Shown: positions 12,698-26,625 of the stretch, piece by piece
Position numbering within the stretch: position 1 is the stretch's first letter
Layout: every line of letters starts with the position of its first letter
From: Patellaria atrata CBS 101060
Taxonomy: Eukaryota
NCBI GenBank assembly: GCA_010093705.1
Contig: MU006095.1
Span: 186,001-250,000 of the forward strand
DNA: 64,000 nucleotides
Direction of reading: 5' to 3'
The notes under the pieces: model-generated
The model's input: only the letters and a program-made list of their open reading frames with translations
What the model was told of the DNA's origin: nothing
The model's database searches: none
Translations under genes and position numbers: made by a program

Positions 12698-15600
12698 CTA
12701 CCATCCCAGCTCTTCAAGCTTCTCAACGACTCCATCCAATCGCCCCCTTTCCCTTCTGAGCGCAGTGACTTCCTTCACCCTCGTATAAAACACCGGACAG
12801 TCTCGACTATCACAAGCTACGGGATCACCAAATGGCAAAGCAGCGCAACTCCTGCACACTTCCTCAGCGCGAATAGCACGCTGTTCCTGATTTTGCAGCT
12901 TTCGGCGGAGCTTCAGCAACGTCCTTGCTGGAGCCAATAGACATACCTTACAAAGGGGAAGGGGTTGCTCTTTGAGAGGTTGTTTACTCAAAAGCGAGGA
13001 GGGAGGGGGTCGAGGTAGTTTAGCCCGGCACACGATACAGCTCGAAGACTGCATGTAGTTTTCCAGCGTCCTCTTCATCGGTCCATTCTCATTACCACCG
13101 ACGCCGAAAGTCGAGACCGAGCGGACGCGTTGGACTTTCGGCATCTCATCCCACCAACCCCTCACATTCGCGCCGACGAGATTGAATATGCGCTCGAGTG
13201 GGGGAATCAGGTTTTTCGAGATGTAGTACTCCGCATCCAACTCCAACTGCTCGTCTTTAAGCAAGGTCTCGGGGGCCACACACCTATCAACCAACCTCGC
13301 TCCCGGTGCACCTGTAACAACGACATAAGGTACTCGTTCCCCATACTGCGGTTCACTCCTAGGATCCTCTAACATGCGTTTGGTAGCTATCAACGCACCC
13401 GGGGGAGGCGGACCTTTATCGGAGTACGTGCCCAGCTTGACCTCTCGCGCGAAGAGGAAGTCCTGTATACTCACTTTACCGAGCATGATCTTATGACACT
13501 GATTCTGGAAATAACGTTTCACTTCACTCAAATCTGCAGTCCTAAATAAAATCTTCAGTGCCTTCTCCTCGATCTTTTGCTCTGCTGGAGTTCCATCTCT
13601 CCTCACAGTCTCAATCCCCTTCGCATCGAACTCCGGTTCTTTTTGCGAGCGAGACTCGTATTTAAAACCAACGTAGCGCTTTTTGGCTAGGAGCACGCAA
13701 GGGTGGTACACTTTCTCAAATTTAAGTTTGACGGGGCGGGGATTGGCGTCCGTGACAGCTTTTGCTATTTCTTCGCCAATGTCGACAGCTTGTTCCCGAG
13801 TACGGCCTTTGAGATAGACGAAGAGGGAATCCGTGTCACCGTACACGACTTCCGCACCCCAGCGTTCAACGGAGTGGATGAGCGCGATTGCCTTTTCTAA
13901 GGTTTCACGCCCTGTCTGAACGATGCTGTCCGCGATCTCGGAGCAGGGCATGCGACCAGAGAAGGAGGCGGAGGTGTAGCCGTAGGTGACATTGGCGATG
14001 AGTTTAAGTGCGAGTTGTCGATTGTTGAGCAGTTGTTGTAACGTTTTATCGTCTTTGTCAACTTTCATGCCGCTCTTGACCATGACACGAGTTTCGAGAA
14101 TCTCGCTCAACATCTTCGCTAAAAGTGATTTCCGCATTTCTGGTTTGACATACATGAGTCCGTTGGGCGCGATATTGATGTGCTCGCGTACGAGTTCGAG
14201 AAGCTGGGGTGGACGGGGATAGTCCGTGAAGCCCATTTTGTTTTGGCCACGCCAACTGGTTATGCGACCAAGACAGGTGGAGTAGCAGTAATTGTAGGCG
14301 ATCATCACACTTGGATATAGAGATTGGAAGTCGAGTACAAGTAGAGGGCTGTTGTAGAACGCACTTTGGGGCTCCATGACCAAGGGAAGGCATTCCAGCG
14401 CATTCTGCTGACCAACTTGCTTCCGGCTTGGAGACACGAGGATGAAGTTCTCCGGTTTCGCGATTCTGAACATTAGGGATTCAACTTTGAACTGAGAACC
14501 GCGGGAGAAGACGGAGAAGAAGTCGACGCCGAGAAGGCGGGCTTGTTCGCTAGTTCTTGCGACCAATTCATTGACTTCAAGGATCTCTAGATCAAGTTGA
14601 ACTCGAGAGAGAAAGTAATCCAAAAGTTTTGCCAGATCTCTAGGTCTAGAGCTCTTATACCATTTTGTCAAATCGTTGAAGGGATAGTGCGGTATCCTCT
14701 TGTGAAGTAGATGAAACACTACATTCTCCATTGTGTACTGCAGCAGGTTAAGCTCTCCTCTCATTGCACGCCATATATTGATCATATGTCTTCCCGTGAT
14801 TCGAATTGTGGATGTTTGCTGAAAACCCCAACGATCGGCCTCTTTCCCGAACCGTCCGTGGGATAAAGATTTCATGCGTGAGAACTCGTCGCATAGGTTG
14901 AATTCATACTTCACCCTTGCGCGCTCTATTAGATACCCCCAGGAGCCATTGTGGACTTCAAAACCAGTGAGAATATCAGGGTCGAAGTGTCTGACGATAT
15001 CGATCATGCGGTTAAGAAGGTCGAGTTCATCCTCTTCATATTCCACTTCAACATTAACTTGGCGTGAGATTTTCTTAGCTATGCCCTCTTCGTTAGATAG
15101 CGCGAGGATGCCTATCCTATAATCTTTGTCTGCACTATTATCGGATTGAACGCACCAGAAAATACAGCCAATCTCGTCCTCTTCCGGATTGGGTACAAAA
15201 TTGCCACGAGTGTTTACATGGACTTCAAGACTCATGATACTCATATATTGAGTCTCGTGTTTGACACTAGTAGATCTTTCTTTCTGCGAGTACTTGAATC
15301 CGTGTTTATTCTTCTGTGTGGGACCCTCTATCTGAGATAGATCTGGTGGTGGTTGCGCCTCGGCGGCCTCATGATGAAGTACCTCTGCACTGTCCCCTGG
15401 GTGACCATGAGTAAGTTGATGTTTCTCTTGACGTAGCCACTCCACCACTTCAGCTCTTGATGGTGGCGAAATAGCATACTCCCAATTGAGCAGTGTACAC
15501 TTTTTCCGTCGACGATTGTACTCAATCTCTTCCCTAACTTTGTCTCTAACAATCGGTGGTTTCTCGCCGAAAAATGCTAGTGCAGTAGCAGTAGGATCGA

Positions 15601-17932
15601 AATCAGGAAGAAAGGGCAATGTGGAACTCTCTAATTTGAACTCCCGACCTGCATATTCACGTGGCTTGTCAGGGACATCATTTTCGTCCGCGTAGTACGC
15701 GTCCTGGTATATGACAGGCGGTAATCCGGTTTCTATCATAGTAGATACCACGAGCTCACTACTAGGTGGTAACCGGCCGAAGCACAGCATTTCATTTGAA
15801 CCGTGACATGGGAATCCAGCTCGCAACTCAGATGCTAGCTTCTTCGCCTCAGTTGATATATCTGTTGATCTGCTCGTAGAGCTTGTAGAGTTTGATTGCT
15901 TCTTCTCGCTCCACGGTGTCCATGATGTCACTGGAGTCACCGGAGAGGCTTTATCGGTACGAGGACCATGGAGTTTGGATGCTGGGGTCATATGAGACTT
16001 CTGTGAATTAGAATATTCACTCCGCTGACTCAATCTCAAGGTAGTATCCGGATCGTGCGGATTCTTAACGGTGGGAAATGCTAAAGTGGATGGCCCACCC
16101 GATCCATGGGCTTTGATAGAGTTCTGTGAGGACTGACTCAACCAGTACAAGTCGTCGGGATCTTTCTGAGAACTAGGGTTGAGAAAACCATCCCCGGGAT
16201 CTTGGAAGGCTACTCGTTTAGTTGTAGAAGCCATCTGCGTATTGGCTTTCATATTGGGAGCTTTTAGATTGGGATGGATATGAGAAGAACTAAGTTTCCG
16301 GCGTTTCGGGGCGCTCTCAGGAAACTCTGGCTGATTCGCACCAACTTGAGAACCCCTCTCATTGAGTTCGTTGAAGACTTCTGCGTAGGAATCATTGGAG
16401 CTAGGCCCGAGGCTGTCTGCGGTCACTTCAAGGCTTCTATTGTGTGAAGGATCTGTAATATCCTTTTGAAAGGCTCTAACCTCTTCCATGATATTTTGTC
16501 TATCATTATGCTTCTCGTCATTTTCACCCGTTTTGTTGACGTCATTGTCGATGTGTTTATCTTCCAGGCAGTCTTCAGGAGGATACGGGCCCTCGAATCC
16601 CACATCTTGGGTAAGGTTATCATCGTTATCAGAATCGTAAGTGCTATCGTAGCCATCTTGATGTGGTATGCTTGCAGTATCCACAACAATCTTAGCCGGG
16701 TCATTTTGCACGTCCAGAACTCCACTTTGGCTCTGTACCTGAGACGCCGAAAGGGGCTGAAGAGTTTCGGTATACAAATCCTTAACACTTTCCAGAGCCG
16801 TCTGTATTCGACTCGCCCCCGGAATAGGTTTGACAAAGTTATCAAAATTGACGTCAACGGCACCATTTTCCCTCTCTTTATCTACAAGATCATCAATGAT
16901 TTCATTAAATTCGTCCTCGTGAATCCAGCCCCCTTTATCAGCGTTTCTCGGATCTGCAGACATGGAGACTAAGACATCAGGCCCAAATGGGCTGCTGGAA
17001 GGATCAGTCAATCCCATACGCCGTTTCCGTCTTAGAGTTTCATCTCGCCATAGACTGGCCATGGAAGCAACAACCTTCTCATCTGTATCTAGTTTTGCAA
17101 ATCGTTCAGTAAAATCTTGGTGAATTGGCCGTGGTTTGATCTCCTCCCTATTCATAATATCCTCAACACGAACGTCAATCTCAATTGAGCAGTGACTTTG
17201 CCGAGGATAGGAGTCAGGATCTGATATCCATTCCGGGCGGATAGAGCGATCGTGCCATTGATGTTCCTCGTTGGCCAATTCGAGGTAGTCCGGCACAGGT
17301 GTTCTAAACCTCACTTTCGCACAATCTATATATGCACATCCGTACAGATTGTAGTCGGACATCCATTGAAGAATATACTGTAAGTGAGCTTCATAAGGCT
17401 GAAATACCCTCTTCATGATGGCACCTTGGAGTAATAACTCCGTTAGACGTGTCATATAGAGAGGGTTAAAGATATATATCTTCATATAGAACTTGTACCC
17501 AACATGATATCCATAGAATGGTACCCCTTTCACCAGGGTGATGCGGGCGACGAACACAGCTTTACCGTCGTAGGCATTACGGCGATAGCTGACCGCGAGA
17601 GCTGCGTCAATGGACACTCGCAAGCTCTGAATATATATATCTACTATAGATTTCTCAGTACATGATATTGAATCATTGCTTCAAAGTATAATACCAGCAT
17701 TTTGCTCTAGACTCCCATCATACTCTATATAGAGGTAAGGGAACGCGCCATGGATATGCGCGCACACCTTTTGCCCAGACTCCGTCGCCCCAAAGGCTCG
17801 AATAACGGGAACCTGCGGTACATCTTTCTGTTTCTGAGATGCGGTAATTCGTTGCTGAAATTGCGGGTCGAAATCTGTTGCAGCAGCCTGGTAATGGTCG
17901 ACGCAGTTCAATCGGAAGCGGAACGACTCCAT
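12698..17932 (-). CDS. REV3: DNA polymerase zeta catalytic subunit; one intron at ~17644-17694
   Basis: Family-B motifs LDFQSLYPS, KLIANVTYGY, YGDTDS; REV3-type N-terminus (KVCAHIHGAFPY) and C-terminal Cys clusters (CIVC, CKVC, CRSC, CDSRDCPVFY). Confidence 0.97.
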
Positions 17933-18282
17933 CAGGTCCCAATCTTGGGGAGTAGGATATATTTAGGTTGTAGGATAGAGTCTGACATGATATTATACTC
18001 AAATATCCCTTTAAGAGAATACGGGGATGTGATATAAGAATAGTGAAGAAGGGAGCAGGCTGCACGCGTTCCCGCAATTGCGCAAATCAACAAATGGATC
18101 ACTTGCAGCGGGACGGAAACGTGCCGCCACAACCCTGTTCAGATATCTTGGCAGTCAGTTTGTGAATCTCTGAATCTAGGAATCACTTGAACACCAGAAA
18201 TCCCTTTACACACAGGTAGAATCACACAGATAGTAATATTTATTGTTATCTTCTCATCACTCTCTTTGTAAAATTCATCATC

Positions 18283-19707
18283 ATGCCTCCCTCTCAACCC
18301 CACAAACCAGACCCTGTCACCGCCGCACAGAAAGAGAAAAACGAATACATCCCCTCCTTCATCTCCAAAAAGCCCTTCTACGTCGACGATGACGACTCTC
18401 AAACAGATTATCTCGAGCACCAACGTCTGCAAAAAGCGGCACAGGATTCCAAATGGTACGACCGGGGCAAGAAGGTCGGGCCGGCCGCGACCAAGTTCCG
18501 CAAAGGTGCGTGCGAGAACTGCGGCGCGATGACGCACAAGACGAAAGATTGCTTGAGCCGACCGCGAAAGCAGGGGGCGAAGTGGACGGGGAAGAATATC
18601 GAGGCGGATGAGGTGATCCAGGATGTGCAGTTGGGGTGGGATGCGAAGAGAGATCGGTGGAATGGGTATGATGCCACGGAGTACGAGAGGGTGATTGAGG
18701 AGTATAATGAGTTGGAGGAGATGAAGAAACGGTTCAAAGGGGATAAGGAGAAACAAGTGGAGGATGAGGAGGAGGAAGATGGTGATGAAGGCGCTAAATA
18801 CGAGGAGGAGACGGATATGGGGAGAAAGCAAGCTACGAGTACTAGAAACTTGAGGTTGAGAGAAGATACGGCTAAATACCTCCTCAATTTGGATCTGGAC
18901 TCTGCAAAATACGATCCCAAAACCAGATCTATGGTTGATAGTGGCGCGACAGCAGACCAAGCAGCAGCTTTAGTTGCGGAAGAAGGATTCATGAGAGCAT
19001 CAGGGGACGCAGCAGAGTTCGAAAGAGCACAACGGTATGCATGGGAGATGCAAGAGCGCGGTGATAAAAATATGATACATCTCCAAGCAAACCCTACACA
19101 AGGCGAGTTTCTCCGGAAGAAGGAGAAGGAGGAATCAGAGGTCAAACGCGCAGCCCAAAAGAAAGCACTGCTGGCAAAATACGGCAGTCAAGATGCGGTA
19201 ATTGACTCCAAATTAAAGGACATGGCCGTCACAGAATCTGAACGTTACGTTGAGTACGACGAGCGAGGAAAGATCAAAGGAGCGCCAGAGACGAAATCAA
19301 AGTCCAAATACACGGAAGACGTCTTTATCAACAACCACACCTCCGTCTGGGGCAGCTGGTGGAGAGATTTCAAATGGGGCTACGCATGCTGTCATTCTAC
19401 AGTGAAGAATAGTTACTGTACAGGTGCAGCCGGTATTGCCGCCTTTGAAGCATCCGATAAACGACGCACAGGTGTCGACCTCGATAAAGTTCCCAAAGAG
19501 ATCGCTTGGAAAGAGGATGCGACAAAAGAAGAACATGTACCCAACGCTGTAGAAAATGACGCCAAAACGAAGAAAGACGATACTGCGAGGAAACGTCGAT
19601 TTGGAGAAGAGGATATGGAGGCTGAGATGGAGGAGTACCGGAAGAAGAGAATGATATCCAATGATCCAATGGCCCAGATCCTGGGGAAAGATCAATTGAT
19701 CAGTTAA
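18283..19707 (+). CDS. SLU7: Pre-mRNA splicing factor SLU7
   Basis: [14 protein letters not shown], zinc knuckle [46 protein letters not shown]. Confidence 0.96.
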   Translation: MPPSQPHKPDPVTAAQKEKNEYIPSFISKKPFYVDDDDSQTDYLEHQRLQKAAQDSKWYDRGKKVGPAATKFRKGACENCGAMTHKTKDCLSRPRKQGAKWTGKNIEADEVIQDVQLGWDAKRDRWNGYDATEYERVIEEYNELEEMKKRFKGDKEKQVEDEEEEDGDEGAKYEEETDMGRKQATSTRNLRLREDTAKYLLNLDLDSAKYDPKTRSMVDSGATADQAAALVAEEGFMRASGDAAEFERAQRYAWEMQERGDKNMIHLQANPTQGEFLRKKEKEESEVKRAAQKKALLAKYGSQDAVIDSKLKDMAVTESERYVEYDERGKIKGAPETKSKSKYTEDVFINNHTSVWGSWWRDFKWGYACCHSTVKNSYCTGAAGIAAFEASDKRRTGVDLDKVPKEIAWKEDATKEEHVPNAVENDAKTKKDDTARKRRFGEEDMEAEMEEYRKKRMISNDPMAQILGKDQLIS

Positions 19708-19914
19708 GGCGATTAACGAGGTTCATGATTTAGCATAGCATACGGCGTCTCTGTACGACAGCATTTGCAAGGAGTTTGCTTTCAATTAGCCAGTGTATAT
19801 ACCTCCTCGCTCGAGGATTGATAATCACGTTTTGTTTATACATCGACCACAAACACATATGTACACCGTAGCCCCAATAACTCCAAGCCCAACTCTAGCC
19901 CTCTTCATCCCCAT

Positions 19915-20565
19915 CTAAAACCCCAAATCAACACCCCACTTCTTAGCCAAATCCTCCACACGCACCCTCCACTTCCTCACTAACGGATGCGCCTCCGCAA
20001 CCCGCACAATCAACACGTCCCCCTCCTCTCCCGGGACCCGAAAGCTCCACAGCACCTTGTCATCAAACCACTCGTTCCCAAACACCTTCTCGATGCTTAA
20101 CTCCCTCTTCGCCTCTTCTAGTGCCGCTGTTACCTCCCGCAGCACCTCGTCCCCATTGCCAGATCCCAACGACGACGCCGAAGTCGAAGCCAACGCATCC
20201 CACCAACCCCCAAGCACACCCAAAACCCATCCAACCTCCCGCCCGACCTCCGCCCCAAGCACAAACCCCTCGTCAAAACCCTCCTGCAAGAACTTCTCCT
20301 TGCTCGCCGCGACACCGTCTCGATACCCCGCTGTGACGTGCACGCGTCTCAGCTTCGGTATATCTGAGGGGTCGGCGGAGGTAGTTCTCCAGTCGCGAAG
20401 AGGGGTGGAGGGACTGGTCTCGAGGAGGCTGGATGAGGGGTTTGACGCGGCGAGGGAGGGAGAGGACGGAGCGCTGCCGAAGATGTCGTCGAAGGTGGGG
20501 TCGGAGGGGGGAGAGGGTGGTGGGGAAGGCGGTAGTGCTCTCTGAGTCGGAAGGCGGGTTGTCAT
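19915..20565 (-). CDS. YAE1: Yae1-family protein (deca-GX3 motif)
   Basis: [33 protein letters not shown]. Confidence 0.85.
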   Translation of the reverse strand: MTTRLPTQRALPPSPPPSPPSDPTFDDIFGSAPSSPSLAASNPSSSLLETSPSTPLRDWRTTSADPSDIPKLRRVHVTAGYRDGVAASKEKFLQEGFDEGFVLGAEVGREVGWVLGVLGGWWDALASTSASSLGSGNGDEVLREVTAALEEAKRELSIEKVFGNEWFDDKVLWSFRVPGEEGDVLIVRVAEAHPLVRKWRVRVEDLAKKWGVDLGF

Positions 20566-20884
20566 TTTTCGGAAAGGGGTGAGGTTTTTATGGAGAAGAT
20601 TGAGGTTATAAAGGAGAATGGATGGAAGAGAACCTGGAGTTGTGGGGTGGGTCGTAAATGGAAATTTTGAGAATGAGTCGTGTGGTTGGAGGGTAGGGGA
20701 GCTGTGCGAGTCATGTATGGAATTAGATGTGTAATATTAGGGGTGATATATTACCTTACTAGGATATTTATGGTGTAGAGATTCTTGGTTCATGTCTCTT
20801 TTCATTTATGAGAAAGTGGAATTGTGTATTCAGTGCTTAATTAAACTGTCTATGTCTTCATTCTAAAGGAATAGGGTATATTAT

Positions 20885-22271
20885 CTACTCATCAGATTTA
20901 TCAATATCCCGCCATCCAGATTTATCTACTGCAAACTGCACTGCGTCAAGAACATCTCCAACAATTGCTTTTGGTTCGCAGGACGGCGGTTCACCCTCTT
21001 CGTACACTCCCGTCTTGACCAAAATCGAGAACCACTCCGTGCCCAATGGACTTTCAAAGTTATTAGCTCCTCGAATATCCGACTCTGTATATCCCGTTAG
21101 TATATCTCAACAAACTAACACCATCCCGTTTTACTCACCAGGATTGTCTCCAACCATGAATACTCTACTGAGTTTCCCCGGTGCCTGTCCGTGAAATAGC
21201 TCTTCCCGATACCGATTAAGTATTTTCTCCGCAAACTCATAAGTCTTAAAGTAAGGTTTGCCGATAATCTCCTTCTTCAATTCAACCCCCTTTTCCCTTC
21301 CCCCAGTGATAGCGGTCCAGAGACCTTCCATAGCCTCCCTGAACCCTCCCTGTCCAAGTCGTGGGAGATGATATTTCGCAGCCCACCATAAATCAGGATT
21401 AGAGAAATACAGAGGTGGTTGAGAATCTTGCTGATAGCCTCGATTGGGCAAAGTCTTGTCGTTGTTCTTGGAGGAGATGGTGCCCAGGATGCCTTTACGA
21501 GAAAGGAGGAGGTCGAGGATGATGGTGGCATCGAGTCCCCAGTCGCGTGGGTCATTGTATACGAAGATCGCGTCGATTCTGAGTGACTCATCCGCATTTG
21601 AGCAGATCTGTCGAGTCAAGGCCCGTGCATGCTCCTTGTAGGATGGGATGAGATGAGCGGAGAATGGCCAAATCTCGGGATGTGCAACGAGGATATCTCC
21701 CGGGGTCACGACAGATTTGAATCCATATCTTTCTGCGACGACTCTACATTTGTCCTCGTCCCCTCCCACCACCATGACCGTTTTCTCCTTGTACTGATTA
21801 AGATCTGCGAAGGGGGTGTGACTTTGTATAAAGTTGCTAGTATCTAGCGGTACTTCCAACTTTTTGCTGAGCTCCTCGACTCGTTCGGTTTCGTGTTTAC
21901 CTCCTCCATTGGTGAGGAGTATGAAGGGTATACGTTGGGATTGGAGATAGCTCAGTGCCTTGTGAGCGCGGGGAAGAGGATCTGAACTGCGGACGAGAAC
22001 GCCATCGATGCTGCCCGCAATCAAGAGTTAGGTCTGAGTATATACTATATCATGATTGAGTGTGAGCATAGGTTACATACTCAAATGCGAAGGCGAAGTC
22101 AGGGACGTGTTTGGAGATAGTCGACTCGTGGAGATGCCGGCGGCTGGTTGTTCCATTCGCTAGAGCCAGAAAATACTTTCGCTCGCATCGTAAACAGAAC
22201 AATCTTGAGGAACTTTTCCCGAACAGTCTTATAGCATCCTTTGCGATTGAATTGTTCAGAATTGACGCCAT
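20885..22271 (-). CDS. HAD-superfamily subfamily IIA hydrolase (CECR5/HDHD5-like), probably mitochondrial; 2 introns
   Basis: FAFAF-IDGVL split by an intron, LLTNGGG, FSNPDLWW, GKPY, MVGDNP|ESDIRGAN, LVKTGVY. Confidence 0.9.
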
Positions 22272-22722
22272 GTGAGTTGGTGGCAGTTAGGAATTTAGAA
22301 TGGGAGATAATCGCTTCTTGAAGGGTACGATTAATGACGACGGGGATATCGGCTTAAAGCCGAGCAGGATAAGGAACGACGATATCTTCTTTTCCTATTT
22401 CTACTTTATCTAAGAAAATAAGATATTATACGACTGGAGAACGCTTCTTGAAATTCCTTTGCTCAAACTCTGGTTGTTCTCCTGTGTCTATTATCTTTCC
22501 TCTCCTTGATCGCGTCGGGCACCGTTCAATCGCTGTACACCCGCCGTACATACAGGGGTTTTCTGTCAAAGTGCAACTACTAAGAGATTTGAACGTTCTG
22601 TACGGTATAGTCATTTGTACGGCTACCCAGACAATTTCTGTTTTACCTCAATTATACAGCCAAACCATAGCACGTTTTCAGGGAAATTGTACAAGATCCT
22701 AGGCCTGCCAACGCAAGAGAGA

Positions 22723-25342
22723 ATGACTGGAGACCCGGGAAACCCAAATACATCTCACCGTATTGGACTGAAAAGGGCGCGGCCGCAGTTGAGCTGTACA
22801 CCTTGCCGTCAGGGGAAACTGAAATGCAACAGAGTCCATCCGGTCTGCGATCAATGCTTGAAAAGAGCTCGGGAAAATGCTTGTGTCTACGTTGCCCCGC
22901 CAGCAAAGAACGCCAATAGAACTGCTAATATGCGAGAGAGGATCAGGCAGCTTGAGAAGGTCGTTGTGACCTTGATGGAGCAGCCTCAAAATGCTCAAGG
23001 AGACCTCCCCACGCCTCCGACAACAACTGAGGCTGCAGGGGGCGTTGCAAAGGGGGAATCAGGAGGAATTACTACAAATACCACCTTATTAGGTAAGATG
23101 AATATTAACAATGGCAGCAATAATGAGACTGTGTATACTGGTGGCTCGCACTGGGCTGCGATTCTGGAAGACCTATCAGATTTCAGGACCTACCTCGAAG
23201 GAGAGCAAGAGACTCAAACTGAGCCAATGTCATTCGTCAACAGCATAGAAGGTGGGCCAGAATATCCCTTCGGCAACGCGCAACCAGGTACTAAAGAGAG
23301 TATCCTCCAAAGTCTTCCTGCAAAACCAGAAGTCGATCGGTTGATGACGCTCTGGTTTAACTCCCAGGATCCTTTCAAACACATTATCCACGGCCCAACT
23401 TTCCAAAACGAATACAAAGAGTTCTGGAAGGAGCCAGCTCAAACACCAACTATATGGCTTGCTCTGCTATGTAGCATTCTTGCCCTCGGGACTCTCGCTC
23501 GACATAGGCTGACGGGAGGCGATCAACCCCCGAGGCTTTTGCAGGCAACGTTAGAGCCGGTCCTAAGGTTTCAACATCTATCAGCCTCAGCCATGGCCTT
23601 GTGCAATATCAGCAAACCGTCTCCGTACACGATACAAGCGCTGATGATATTCATGGAAAGCGAATTGTTGCTCAACGACAAAGCCGAAATGCGCGTATAC
23701 CTGTTGATGGGACTCATCCTCCGTCTCTGCCTCCATATGGGATACCATCGCGAACCAAGCCACTATAAGAACATCAGCCATTTCCACGGTGAAATGAGAC
23801 GACGGACGTGGTACCAACTCTTCCAGATCGACATTCTCGTCTCGTTCATGCTCGGCTTACCCAGTAACGCCCATAGCATCCAACACGACGTCCAACCACC
23901 GCGAAATATATTCGACCACGAGTTCTCGCTCGACTCAAAGGACTTACCACCCTCACGCCCCGTCGACGAACTTACCGCGTTGTCCTATTGCATCTCAAAG
24001 CAGCGGTATTGTACCATCTTCGGCAAAGCGGCCGAGATATCCCACGCTATCACTCCTCCCGAATACTCCACCATCCTCGAACTCGACAACCGTCTCGACA
24101 AGTTTCGCGAAATACTACCTGTCCCCCTCCGCATCAAGCCGCTGGGAATGTGTATCATGGACCCTCCGGACCTGATCATGAATCGCTTCAACCTCGAACT
24201 CCTATACCAGAAGACACGCTGCATACTGCACCGACGGTACATGATCAACGCCTCCCCGAACACGCAGATGGCCTACTCCCGCCGCACATGCGTCGAAGCC
24301 GCGATGAACATGCTGAAGCACCATCAGACCGTTGTCGAGGCTTGCGAGCCCGCTGGTCAATTGGGACGAGTGAGATGGTACATGTCCTCGCTGACGACAC
24401 ATGATTTCCTCCTGGCATCGATGGTCATATGTCTCGAGTTGCAGTTGCGGTACAGAGCCGCTGAGAACTCAAATTTGGATGGGGGAACTTTACCAGGCTC
24501 ACCGCTTGCGAAGGATATGTTGGATGCAATTGACACTTCGCATCAGTTGTGGAAGAGGGCGGAGCGGCCGACGTCAGATGTGGTCAAGGCATGCCAGATG
24601 TTGGAGAGGATGTTGAAGAAGGTTGGGGAGCGCTCGCTGTCGGACAGAAGTGCTGGCATGGCTTCGAGCAATTCGAGGGCAGGTAAGCTTCTCAGTTTCT
24701 TCCGCTCTCATGGCGCTCCTTGCAGCATGTATGAATCCGGTTTGCAATCTCTGGCGGGACAAACATCCCCAGTGCATAAAAAACTGAAACTATATGGTTA
24801 CCACGTATGTACGGTCATCAGACGTTTGACAAATGTCACTTTTGTCGAGTCCACATCGTCCGTGCATAAACCGTACAGCAATCTTGACTTTGGGCTATAT
24901 CATTTCTGGCGTGTCATGTTTGCTAATTATCCCCACCAGCTCAAGTTGCTCAATCCCTTGCCGCCGAATCACATTCGTCATCCACTGTACCCTTTACCCC
25001 AGAAACCCACTCATTAATAAACGGGGTATCAAGTGGGCCTATCTGGCAAGAGCATCAAGGATTATCAGTCTCCACAAACGTGGAAGACCTTCCAATGGCT
25101 GAGAATTCAGATCTTCTCATACCAATCGGTGATATGCTTGATATGCCGCTGGATATCGACTGGGTATGTTGTATCCGCCCCCTTACATATATTCCGTCCT
25201 GTCCATCAAAAAACAATTCTATGATTTCGAAGGAAGCTAACATCAGCAGGGAACCTGGGATAATCAAGTAGTGGGCCAGGGTCTATCCTCTGACCTGTGG
25301 AACTCTGGTGCTTTCGGAAACTCGTACACTGACGGCGTCTAG
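22723..25342 (+). CDS. Zn(II)2Cys6 transcription factor with fungal-specific middle domain; 3' exons tentative
   Basis: CTPCRQGKLKCNRVHPVCDQCLKRARENAC; MGYHREP, GEMRRRTW; putative introns from ~24682 and ~25164; start codon uncertain. Confidence 0.9.
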
Positions 25343-26261
25343 GCCGTATGATCTCTGACTAAGAGCAGCGGCATGGGTAAGCCGATGATGACGCATTATG
25401 GGGGAGGATACGCGTGCTGTTAAATTGCGGATTATTCCTTAGAGCAATAATCTGACGGAGTGTCGCACGGGCCCATTCGCCGCGAAGGTCTCGAATGTAG
25501 GTATAAGGGGTTAAATTAGTGATGCCCAAGAGGTGAGGAGCCTTCTTTATTCCAACTTTGCTATCGATAGCCCTCTGGCGGGCTAACACCAACATAGTAG
25601 AGAGGAGATCACCGCATCCTTGGAACATGGCGTCGTGGTTTTGTGCAGAGTAATGATTTAGTCATCCTATATCTCGAAAGAAATGAACCGAGGAGTGGTA
25701 GACAATATGTACAGATGTTACAAACTATGTCATCATTGCCGCTTGAGGCCTGAAAGATATGTAGGAATCCCGAGATTGGATCGAATGCTGTGAAGAGGAT
25801 TAATGGAAGCACTTACCTTGGTCAAAAATTCACTATTCGATTAGTGAAAACGGAGCAGAGAAATCAGGGATAAGTGTAGATAGATGGCGACATAGATTCA
25901 GATAGGTGTGACGTAAAATGTAGATATAGAGTGAATCGATAATGATCAAACTTCAATAGGGAAGCGAACATGACCCAGCCATCTTCATATCAGACATATT
26001 TTTGTATCCAATAACTCAAAACCCTTATCACCCATAGAACCAAAGTACCTAAGATTGCCCATAAGTTATCCTTTTATTTTTTCCAGGATTTATTGAAGAC
26101 TTTATTCAAAAGCTTTGGTGAACCACTTCTCTTGCGCTAAGAATAGTTACTCTGTTACCATTAACGTCTTCTCTGATTCAACACCTGCGTCCTTGAAGCA
26201 ATAAAACCCATCACTTAGCCTTTTAGAGTAGAGCTCCTGATTTCTAGCGCCAGTTGAGTCC

Positions 26262-26519
26262 TATCCCACGACGGCCTGAAGATGCTACCACAGCTTTAGC
26301 TGTAGATCTCCGAAGGTTTCTAAAGTCACTTTCTGGTCGTGCACATAATTTTATCTACCTAAGAGAGAATAAGGACCTGCCTGGAGAAACAAAATCTAAC
26401 CTAGAGAAGATAAGGAAAGATTTTTCCTCAACACCCTAAATCTAGCGCGGTCGATTGGAACACGATAGCACTGATCGACTGCCCAGGCTGTGGTAGCATC
26501 TTCAGGCCGTCTTGGGATA
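26262..26519. repeat. 47-bp inverted repeat (41/47 matches) with ~165-bp spacer
   Basis: 26262-26308 versus the reverse complement of 26473-26519; 25-bp perfect core GACGGCCTGAAGATGCTACCACAGC. Confidence 0.9.
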
Positions 26520-26625
26520 AGATAGATCGGTGAAATAGCACTATCATGGGGGAAGCCCTTGGACACACACTTGATGCACACTTGATGAACCGAGATCTTC
26601 TGAGTCATCGGCTCCATTGGAATGT

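Noticed and set aside
18139..19695. Long minus-strand ORFs (273, 245 and 132 aa)
   Set aside because: Antisense shadows of SLU7 with no independent motifs.
22615..25017. 800-aa ORF taken as the literal transcription factor protein
   Set aside because: It starts at a non-ATG codon and reads through a probable intron from ~24682; a spliced model is preferred.
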